Shown here: positions 13,293 to 23,300 of the stretch, piece by piece
Layout of the letters: every line of letters starts with the position of its first letter
Numbering within the stretch: position 1 is the stretch's first letter
Position numbers and translations under genes: made by a program
Origin: Amphiscolops sp. MND2022
Lineage: Eukaryota
Assembly: GCA_964187785.1 (NCBI GenBank)
Contig: OZ076416.1
Span: 27,776,001 to 27,840,000, forward strand
Length of the DNA stretch: 64,000 nt
Direction of reading: 5' to 3'
The notes under the pieces: model-generated
Told to the model about the DNA's origin: nothing
What the model saw: only the letters and a program-made list of their open reading frames with translations
Databases searched by the model: none

Positions 13293-15461
13293 TCATGGGT
13301 TTAGCTCGCACTCTTTTTTATTTTTATCAAGTAGGGATGGGAACAATTTCGATGCCAGATTGTAGCGATGATAAATGTACATAAAGATCAAGTGCAAAGC
13401 TGTCGATACAATGAACACAGTTAATGTCAGCATGAATGAAATTCGGAACGGAACATACTGATTAAATTCTTTCGTTAAGGCTGGTTTCAAGAGTTTCATT
13501 TCTGATGCATATGGTCTGGCAATGTCGATCATATGTTTGACTTCACGATTCTTTGGTCCTTTTGCTAACTGTAGCTTTACCTCCTTCAATAACTTCACTC
13601 CTGCTTCAGCTTTCGATGTATAGAACGGCAATTCGTCCAAAGGGGGGACTTCCATAACCAATGAAGCGATAGGATTAGGCAGAGAAACTTGCAATTTTAT
13701 TGGTGGAATGTGAGCGCAACTTGATAGATCAGATCGGATTTTGATGTCAGTCATGATTTGCATTCCACATGCTAAAGTGATGAGACATATGCGGCATCCG
13801 CGAAAAGAAGAGCCCTGAACAGATGAAGACGAAACTTCACGAAGGGTAACTGCGTGAGCGGATTGAATTAACCAAATACCATAGCCTAAGTTTGTTGCTT
13901 GTTCTATGGCAGGCAGTTGTACAATTGTAGTATCACATACTGCAAGAGCTTCCGAAGCTGTACTAGAATATAAGGTAGCTAAACAAGACGAGTGTACCAT
14001 CTCTGTTGGAACAGACTCTGAACAGATTCGGTAACGAGATGAGCCGAGACAATGCTCAAACTGTTCTGCAGAGAGGACAGATGACTCCATGTGATCCTCC
14101 GACAAAGCTAAACATGGAGCTTCGATGTTCCATGTAAGAGCCGACTGGGGATCGTCTGGATACGGCATCGGAATTAATTTTGCTTCGTAGACAGTAAAAA
14201 CGGTTTGCTTAGATGCTAGCGGGACGTTGAGGGTCATCAAAAGACCTTCGTTAACCGTAATAGCATCTGCTAAGAGCTTGGAATCGAAGTAAGAGAGCAG
14301 ATCTGACATTGGGATAGCTAAAGACAGCCTATCCTCAGCCGTCGCCTGCTTCATTGCAACACTTCGTAGAATAGCCAATAACGATTCCGTTGGTACCAAA
14401 GACATAGGTAAATGACCTCTAAGTATAACCGGAATCGAATTTAAGATGTTCATGCGGAATGCAAATAAGGCCGCGCGATAGCTCTTAACGCTTGCATGTA
14501 TCATTGCTAGTAGCGAAGATAGGGTATCGAAATTGAAGTTTAGTTGTTGATTCGAAAAAAGCATTCGGTTGCAGTCGCGGAGTACATGAAAATTATGCTC
14601 AAAAACATCAAACTGTTGTTGAATAAGTACCCAGTTTTTGTTCTGCGTATCAACAAGTTCCCTTTGGATGTCGTGAAGGGCCGCCAATTCATTTTCAACC
14701 ATAAAAAATTTTTTGTCCGTAGATGTTGTAAATTCAGTTACATACTGGGTTAAAACGTCCTGGAAGTCTGATAGTTTGCGAATGTTCTCGGCATTTGCCT
14801 TCGCAGCATCTTGACAGGAACCAAAAATGCCTTGTAGTCCACAAGAGTCGGAACTACCGAGGGCCACTCCTCCTCCAAAAAGGCCGACTGCAGCAAGAGC
14901 CGCTAGTCCCACTTGGGATCCACGTCAGTGGCGAGTATTCCGCTGCTGTTGAGGAGGGGAGAGAAACATTGCTGTTTCATTACGTAGGAGGGCAACATCG
15001 AGTTCCGCAGTGTGGATTTCAGTTTCTATTTGTTGTAACATCCAGGTGACATTGAACGGCGTTGAATTTGTTGAAAAGTGACTTGAAAAATCCAAGGGAC
15101 AAAAAACAGATGGAAGTTCCCACATCGACGCGAATTTGGCCATTAAGGCCACAATATCTGGTTTAAGTGCGAAGTCATAAGTCGGAAAGGGGACTAAAAA
15201 TTCAATTTTTATAAATTTTTCCGCGAGCAAGATTTTACCGCGTTCATGGAACAGAACGCCCTTTTCTTGGATTTCGTTCGGGTTATTGGAGGCTTCTAAA
15301 TTAGAAAGCCACTCACTTCGAACTGAAGCAGGGGTGAAGAAAACCAGTAGGAACAAAACCAACATCGATCCGTTGTTCTTCGTGGGCTGTTTTCCCCTTT
15401 TTTTGTTTTTTTTTTGAAAGTTAGCGTAAAAGAGAAAATTGTCGACAGAATACTGTATCAA
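13293..15461 (-). pseudogene. env: Envelope / class I fusion glycoprotein, split by one in-frame TGA
   Basis: ORFs 14925-15461 and 13293-14912 are in the same frame. Order: signal peptide MLVLFLLVFFTPASVRS, RNTRH*RG furin-like site, fusion peptide GLAALAAVGLFGGGVALG, heptad region, Cys-rich region, C-terminal TM segment ISFMLTLTVFIVSTALHLIFMYIY. Confidence 0.88.
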
Positions 15462-15757
15462 CTAGTTCGATCGACCTCAAATGCAAGAATGGCACTTTAG
15501 GTATTTTTGGGCGGGTTTTGTGGATTTTTGAAAGATCACCAGAAATGTGATTCGATTTGTTTTCAATATCCGGTGCCCCTTTGATATTTACAAATTTCGA
15601 GATGTTAAAGTTTGTTTTGTCAAGTCATGTTTACGGTACTGGTTGTTTGACCTGTGATTGAAAACTCAGATTTTCGATTGCGGACTAGTGAAAGTGACCA
15701 TGAAATGAGCTGAATGTTTATTCAGTTGTCAAGCGTTTGTCCGAGTTTTTCAGTAAA

Positions 15758-16156
15758 ATGAAAGTGCTCGGCAGTGCCTTGATTACCATGTTATGGTTGT
15801 GGTATGCTGCATCGCAGGCGTGCGAGATGCAAGATTGGCAAGGCCATCGGATTTACTGCTGTGCCAACGGAACAGCTATTGAAAGCAAAATTGGACAAAA
15901 AGTATGGGTGGCGCAAAAGCCCAGAATTTGCAATTTGCCTGCGACGACAAAAATGTCTGAACAAACTAATCTGCCTAAAGTCATCATTTTGACTGTGATA
16001 ATTGTTGCCAGTGTCTGTGTCTGCCTGTGGAAGTGTCCGGTTCAAAAAGTCAGACGAATCATACGTTTTTGTGAAACAGAAACAGAAGACGAAAATCAAG
16101 TCAATGAAATGGAAGTCAAAGTAGTGAGAAAAATGCCGAAAAGCCAATCCTTTTAA
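15758..16156 (+). CDS. Small type-I membrane protein (132 aa), antisense inside the LTR element
   Basis: ATG at 15758. Signal peptide MKVLGSALITMLWLWYAASQA, 4-Cys ectodomain with an NGT sequon, TM segment VIILTVIIVASVCVCLW, charged tail. Confidence 0.6.
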   Translation: MKVLGSALITMLWLWYAASQACEMQDWQGHRIYCCANGTAIESKIGQKVWVAQKPRICNLPATTKMSEQTNLPKVIILTVIIVASVCVCLWKCPVQKVRRIIRFCETETEDENQVNEMEVKVVRKMPKSQSF

Positions 16157-16298
16157 GAGGCAACTCAATGAGGCGACATGATTATGAAAGTCTAAATTGC
16201 AGTTACTATTAATCGCAGGTCTTGTTTACTGCTAGGATATTGCAGTGGAAAATTGTGCCGTCGGGCAAAACAATTTGTTATTTGTTAAGAGTTTGCAG

Positions 16299-16905
16299 TT
16301 TTTAGTCGGCGCATTTTCCTTTAAGGAAAAAAGCCCGACTATTACAGTGGCTAGTTTTTTTTTCTTTTTTTTTCGTCAGACCACAGAGCTCATCGCGTAT
16401 GTACCACTTTTTACAGAAACTGCTAAGTTCACTCAGGCCAAGTTCCACCAATGCAAACTTACTGCAAAGGGTCCCCCCTTTCGTTTTTTACCTTTTTTAC
16501 GTAACCTACAAAACCGGAAGACTCCAAAGGGTCCCCCTTTCAATTTTTTTTCGGCACTGTGCGAATTTTTTTTCGAAAATTTTTAATTTTTCAAAAGAGT
16601 CCCCCCTTCGGATTTTTTGATATTTTGCAACAGAAAGTATGTTAATGAATCCCAAAGGGTCCCCCCTTTTCATTTTTCGGCACTATGCGACGTTTTCGAA
16701 GTTTTTTTCAAAAAAAATTCAAAAAAAATTTCAAAAAAAATTTCAAAAATTTTTTTGTTTCCAGTCATATCGAGCATGAAAGGCACACTTTGGGTGTCTC
16801 GAAAGTGTTTTCAAAGCTTTTCATGAATACATCCTGGGCATATTTAGAAAACTGAGCTTTTTGAGCCTTAGATATAGCGCCGACTTTAGACGTTCCCGTC
16901 TTGTT
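16299..16905 (+). mobile_element. HINE-like family A copy nested in the LTR element
   Basis: TTTTTAGTCGGCGC...CCCGACTAT at the 5' end. GCGCCGACT plus GACG-TTCC-CGTC (16889-16900) plus TTGTT at the 3' end. Confidence 0.75.
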
Positions 16906-17148
16906 ATTTCTACTTTTGAGTTTGAACAGTTCGAAAATTTAGAATTGAAAGAATTCAGTCGCCAGTATTTGTAGCTGCCAGATAATGCGTAGAATTTCCC
17001 TTCCAGCAAACTCGTACGCGGAGCAATATTCCTAAATGAACGTCACGCAGAGGTCAAATGTGAAGGCAAAGAGCAAACCAAAATTCAAGCTAAAGTGAAA
17101 GAAAACGTTTGAAAACAAAGGCGTGTAAATTAAGTTATTTCAGGAAGC

Positions 17149-18362
17149 ATGGAAAACACTCTGTATAGAGCAATCTGTGAAATGAAAAAGAACAATGAAG
17201 TAGATAAATTGGTTTGCCAAACAAAGGGTCAAAAAGATGTATGGGTGAAACGACTCAGGCGTTTCACTGTAAATGGAATGGGAGTGCTGTTCTGGAACGG
17301 TCAAAAGGTGCCAACATTAGAGGAACTGACTACCGTCCTATGGCCTCGCCATGCAAATGAGAAAAAACACATACAAGATGAAGGTTTCTTTCGGAAAGTA
17401 TTGTCCAACAAAGGATATGTGTTGCCGTCATTCATCGGGGGCCTCGAGCGGGCCGTAAAAACGTAGGTAGTGATATTTGGTGAAAACAAAGTCGTAAGAG
17501 GACAAAAACGGAGTTATCATTTTGTAGATTCTTGCACGATTGTCCAGAGTGCTTCTGGACAAGGCAAGCGGGATATCGTTGGCAGAGAGCAACGAGCGTG
17601 TCACGAAGAGAGCGACAAATTGCTTGTGAGAAATTGGGACTGACTTGGAAGAAAATGACAGACGAGCCAGAGGATGGAACAGTATTTGGATTAGGCGAAC
17701 CGCCAGTGGCATCCTGTAAAGCGATTCTAGCCCAAGGTGGTGGGAAGTGCTGGGCATCCAGCGTGTTTTATTTTCTTACTGGGAAAAAAAGTGGTAAGCG
17801 TACGTTATCTTAAAGGGGTTATCTGCAGAACTCTACTGATGTGCGAGAGATGAGATAAGTGTTGTTCCAGATAAAAAAAAGGACGGCTCTGCGTTGAAAC
17901 GAATCAGAGATACAATCGGAAATCACATGAAAACAGCCGAATTTCAAAAGTTTTGTATAGAGTGCCTGGAATATGCTCCCAATGAGTTCGAACTCAATGC
18001 TGTACTCCAATCAAATCTCGACATTAGTGAACCTTGGGTAAGACCATGTACAATAGGTAACTGAAACGATAGACGAGTAACTCAACTACATTATCGTGTT
18101 ATAGATGTTGGGGACTGCTCAAGTGCTAGGATGGGACATGTTAGTCTTCTGGAGATACTCGGAAAAAAAGGATGGATTCGCTATCCAGCCAAAACAAGGG
18201 GCCCGTCATCAAGGGCCGCATTTCTCTTTCACGTGATTCATTCCGAGAAGGAGAAAATTTCATTGTGAGCCACTAATAGATTGGCCAATCGAAAAGTTAG
18301 TTGTGACAAATTATGAACATGTAAAAGGAAAGCTGGAGTGTAATGCCGTTATCTATATGTAG
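17149..18362 (+). CDS. Four-exon antisense gene: H2C2 Zn-binding-like N-terminus plus OTU-like cysteine protease (about 334 aa)
   Basis: Exons 17149-17462, 17528-17793, 17871-18037 and 18105-18362, joined in frame by GT-AG introns of 65, 77 and 67 nt. Motifs: H-x5-H...CPEC, QGGGKCWASSVFYFLTG, MLGTAQVLGWDMLVF, FHCEPL. One TGA at 18234-18236 in exon 4. Confidence 0.65.
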
Positions 18363-18906
18363 CGACGATCTAACGTATGAAGGAAATGGGGAGTGCTATA
18401 AGCCACCCGCAAAGAAGGCAAGAAAATACTGGAACTGATCAGATCACTGACTGATTCATCATCTCATATCAAAAGTCACAAAAGACATCGAACTCAGGAA
18501 GTTTAAGCTTTTGTTCACGAAATTCTTATAATACTAGTAGGGAAGCAAGCGGATTGCTGGCAGAGGGGCTCGAGCCAAGTACAATGGTCTTTCAGCTGCG
18601 AAAACCATCAAAAGATGTAAAATTTTTCTGAAAACAATGAGATCTCGAGGCGCGCCGTACGGCGAGGAAAATTTTTTTTCTTTCACGATTCCACTAAAAA
18701 GGGTGTCACTCGAAAGAGCATGGTAAAAAAGGGGGGGACACCGAAAATCCAGGTTGGGTACGAAAATTTAACAGTGAAAAAAGTTCTCTTGAAAAGGGCG
18801 ATTTTCATGTTTGTTGTGTTTTTGGTAATACGTTAACTGAAAGAAGAGTAAAGAGCGACGTCTAGTGAGTGAAAAGCGATTGCATGACCCCAAGAACGAT
18901 CGGTCA

Positions 18907-19323
18907 TTAACGTGGGGGCTGAATGATTGTAATAGTAATCTGAGACTTTGAGAAAGTACGATATAAAAGGGAAAAAACAGTTGGCCAATGTAATCGCTCA
19001 AGACCGCTTCCGAGTCGCGGGATGCTAAGTGCTCGAATTTTATGGCGCTCTAAATGCTGACGAAGGGCCATCAAACTCAATTGAAGTGTTTCGTAGTTAG
19101 GTTGATGAAAAAATCGTTTTTTGGTCACTAAATTATAGATATAACGTTGATGAAGTCTGTCAAAATAAGAGACCAGTGATCCCGGCGGTAAACGTTTTTG
19201 AGTGTTAAAACGAAGCTGGCGAAGCGCAGGGTGGCGGTAAGCGATGGCAGATGCTAGACCGCGTTTCATATGAAAGTCAGCGGAAACACAGTGAGCTATA
19301 GACTCTGTAGAGTCTAGGATATT
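18907..19323 (-). CDS. TARG1/OARD1-like macrodomain (frameshifted C-terminal end of pol)
   Basis: NILDSTESIAHCVSADFHMKRGLA...YIYNLVTKKRFFHQPNYETLQLSL...LSIPRLGSGLERLHWPTV follows the OARD1-family pattern (SLAHCIS.D..MG.GIA...YIYYLITK.R...P.Y..L..SL...SMPRIGCGLDRL.W). Confidence 0.85.
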   Translation of the reverse strand, partial: NILDSTESIAHCVSADFHMKRGLASAIAYRHPALRQLRFNTQKRLPPGSLVSYFDRLHQRYIYNLVTKKRFFHQPNYETLQLSLMALRQHLERHKIRALSIPRLGSGLERLHWPTVFSLLYRTFSKSQITITIIQPPR

Positions 19324-20346
19324 CGAAAGAAAAGCAAAAGTTCGGATGACTGTCAGAGGAAATAGAGTTTAAAACATTAGATGAGGACAGTCTTTTCTTC
19401 AAATTACGGAAATTATAGCGTGCTTTTACTTCCTTTTGGTGCTGAAGATACTCCTGAGGAGATTGCGGTGTCAGCTGTTGCGTGGTAGTTGGGTGGACCC
19501 GTGGACTTGCATCAGAAGGAGGTCGAGTTCGTTGACAAGAGTCGAGCAAGAGTGTGCGCTTATCTGCCTTCAGGAAGCTTGTACCTGGAACCTGAGTCAG
19601 CGCTGTTCTAGGTGACGGTTGTCCATATGATTTAGGTCCACGTCCAATAAAGACTGGTACTGTTTCACGATTCTCATCGAAATTCAAAGTGCAATTAGTG
19701 CGAGATGAGGTAGTCGGAAGTTTCGGACGGACTGTACGTGATTCTTGCTCGGCCAAGGTGGGTGTAGATGCACCTGCGTAGCGTGCCTGGTCGGCATCTG
19801 AAGTCGTTCGTGGAGTGACGGAGAATCTGTGGATTCATCGTCAAGATATGGCACAAGCGCTGGTTGTTGTTCTTCGTCCTGGGCTGGCAGTGCGGGAATT
19901 GCTGGAGCTGCTGCTGTAGCTGGTAGGGGTGGAACTGCTGGCCCTGGAGCTGGTCCCATCGGGATAACAGCTGGTGCAATAGGAAAACTAAGCGAAACCG
20001 TAACCGGTGGAGGCTTTTCTTCGTTGTGAGCCACCCTAGTTTCCTCTGAGGGAGGTAACAGAAGAGTTGGAATGCTTTCATCGAAAATAGCTGGTTCTCC
20101 ACGGAATCGCCCAAGCATAGGATCGCGTTTAAATTTCTCCTGGTCAATTTGCGGTAAGTCGTCAACTTGATATTGCGGTACAACCGGTCGGAGACGGATT
20201 CGATGTACACATTGAGTATAATTTGTACCGACCTTGCGGATGATGTAATTTGAATTGGTTAAAACTTGCTCGACGCGATACAATGGTAGCCAGATAGGAA
20301 GGAACTTACTCGAAAAATCGGACTGCGTCATTAGTTTTGGATTCAA
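19277..20346 (-). pseudogene. pol C-terminal extension (integrase tail plus Pro/Ala-rich linker) in two frameshifted pieces
   Basis: 19684-20346 continues the integrase C-terminus (LYRVEQVLTNSNYIIRKVGT...VHRIRLRP). 19277-19756 continues the linker towards the macrodomain. Confidence 0.7.
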
Positions 20347-23300
20347 AAGAAGACAAAACGAGAATTGTTTTAGAGGTTGCGCTTCGTAATCTTAAGGTAG
20401 CTTTGTAATCATAATATGCGCGGTATCTATTATACATTTCAGTCAATTTACTTTTTGCTGCAGAAAATTTCTGTAGCATGGCATCCTGCAATGCAAGCAC
20501 ATATTCTGTAGTCGGTTGCGCACGTGCAAGCGAACTGTTATTAAACCTGAGATCTAAAGGTTTCAGAGGCTCTCGACAATGAAACAAGGTGGTCGGGCTC
20601 GTTCCGATTGCAAAATGATAAGTATTATGAATGAAAGCTGCAAGTTGTACATACTTGTACCAGTCGTTCCACTGCTGAGTGGTGTTTAGTTTCAAGATTC
20701 GTTTAAGGGCGCTATGCGAGCGCTCCACAACACCGACAGTTTGCGGGTGCTTTAGACTGGCATGTTCTAATTTTATTTCCAAAAGTTTAGTCAATTCGTG
20801 CATCAATTCACTCACAAAAGTAGTACCCAAGTCGGATAAAATTGTTTTTGGAAGATAACTATGACGGAAAAATATCGACGCAAGTTCTCGTGCAACGGTT
20901 TCTGACCTCCCATTAGTAAGTGGGACTGCAAAAAGATATTTTGTAAAAACATCAATACCCGTAAGAACATAACGGTAGAGCAGAGACTGTAACGGACCGA
21001 CAAGGTCAATTTGTAACATTTCGCCCGGGTAAGATTTCAACAAGGAGACCGGTTGTAACGGAGTTTTCAGATTTTTGCTTGGTACACGTTTCAGTTGCAA
21101 ACATTGTAGACAGTTTTGGATAGTTGACGTTAAGTATTCTGTAAAATTCGGAAAATAAAAGCGTTTTCTAAATTCTTCAACCGTTTTATTGATTCCCATA
21201 TGGCCTGCTGTCGGCGAGTTATGCAAGCGGTAAATTACTTCGCGCCATAGGGATTTAGGGACACAGAACTGTTTGTGTTGCACTTTTCCTTGATCGTCAT
21301 AAAAAAGGCGATAAAGAACTTTGTCCTGAATGATTAGGCGTGGAAACTGTTTACGATATTTTCGCAAAGCTATCGGTAAATTTGGCGACATGTCCGGCGA
21401 GCCTCGGTCTTTCCATTGCATTACTTCACGAATGATCTCGTCTTGATTTTGTACTAGAGCGAGGTCTATTGGCTCTGACCGGTTGGGCAAATCATCAAGA
21501 ATGTCGCTGAATTCTTCTGACGAGACTAAGTTTATTTGATTTATTTGACAGAAAGAGTAAAAGCCAGTGATGTCAAGAGACGGGGTAGTCTGCGCTTCGG
21601 TTGTTTTCTGTAAAAACTGTTCGTAGAGACCAAATTCTTTCAATTGTGAAATTAGGCGTTCGTCAGCCTGATCGTCAACAGATTCCGGAAAAGGTGATCT
21701 ATCCGAAATATTTGATAAAGCGACATCAGGAGATTTCGCTTCGGTTGCTATTTCAATATCTTTAATAGGTATACGATCAGTTAATTTGAGAGACAGGGTT
21801 AGAGTAGGGTCTGTTTGCATTCGTGATAAAAAATCTGCGGCCGAATACGCTTCACCAGGAATATGAGCAAGGAGAATGTTGAAAGACAAAACTCTATCCA
21901 AACAGTTCCATAACGATGGATGAATACTTTTAGATTGGAAAAATTGCGTGAGACTACGGTTATCGGTTAAGACTAGCACAGGTTTAGTTGCGCCCCATAT
22001 AAAATGTGCAAAATGGTCTAAGGCGAAATAGAGAGCAAGAAATTCTTTATAGTAAACCGAAAATTTCAATTGCGTCGGACCAAACAACCGAGATCCAAAG
22101 GAGACCGGCGCGTATACTTTTTTCTCTTTTCCTTGTTGATCTAACAAGTAGTCCTCAATCATGAGGACAAAGCCTGTGCCATGGTAACTAGCGTCACAAA
22201 GGAGTACGTATTGGAGACCAGGTTTTGCCAATCGCAAAGTAGAGTTGGTAGCATTTCGTAAATCGGTTTTCAATAAATCTAGTGCTTCGCTATGTTCTTT
22301 AGTGGTTTTAAATTCTACATCTTTTCGCAAAAGTTTGTAAAATGGTAGCAATTTTTGGCCCAAGTTGGGCATGAACGAACGAAAAAATTGGACAAATCCA
22401 ATCAATCTTTTCACTTGTTTAACAGTTTCTGGCATTCTGATTTTTTCGAGAAATTTGTTTATTTTGTCAGCTTCTGGTGAGATTCCTTTAGGTGTTATGG
22501 TGCTTCCCAAATAATCAATCTTGGTCGTCCCAAATTCACATTTATGAGCAGACAATTTTAATCCTGATGCACGCAGGCAATCAAAAATTTTTGTTAAAGC
22601 AGGAGTCATCTCATCAAAATTGTTTACTCCCATGGCAATGTCGTCCATGAATTGAGTACAAACATTGGCAGCAAGACATTTATCTAAGTAGTGTTTAACG
22701 AACGAACTAAATCCGGTGACGGATTTGTTCAGGCCTTGGGCTAAACAATTATAAGCAAATGTACGCGAAGCGAAATTAAATGCCAGCAACTGTACCGAAA
22801 GGTCATCTGCCATTTGAACGCAATGGTATGCTTGCGAACAATCAAGTTTACAAAATAACTTCTTTCCCGCAAAATGGTTTGTCGCATCTGTCATATTTGA
22901 AATGAGGAAATTGCTATTTAAGTAATCATGGCGTAGGAGGTGATTGACTCTTCTGAGATCGATAAGTATGCGAAGCTTGCCATATGGTTTGCGATGTACA
23001 AATATCGGACTAGAATATTTGGAGTGTGACAACGTAGTTATGATGTTAAAATATTGTAATAACGCCAATTCAACTAAAATTTCATCACGCAAATGAATCG
23101 GTGCTGGTGGACCTTGAACGTATACCGGAAGTTGATGAGCAGGCGTTAATTTGATCTTCAATTCTGTGTTATACCCAACATCAAAGCGATGTTTTGCAAA
23201 CACGTCATGATATTCAACAAGAAAGTCCTCCAATTTTGATTTTTCATCAGCGCTCAAAACACATGTATCCCACGTAAATTTTTTCAAACATTCTTGTCTA

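Noticed and set aside
15791-16168. 125-aa minus-strand ORF as a fourth sense gene of the retroelement
   Set aside because: It is the antisense shadow of the plus-strand membrane-protein ORF and has no recognisable features. The same applies to shadow ORFs over gag, pol, env and the Polinton genes.
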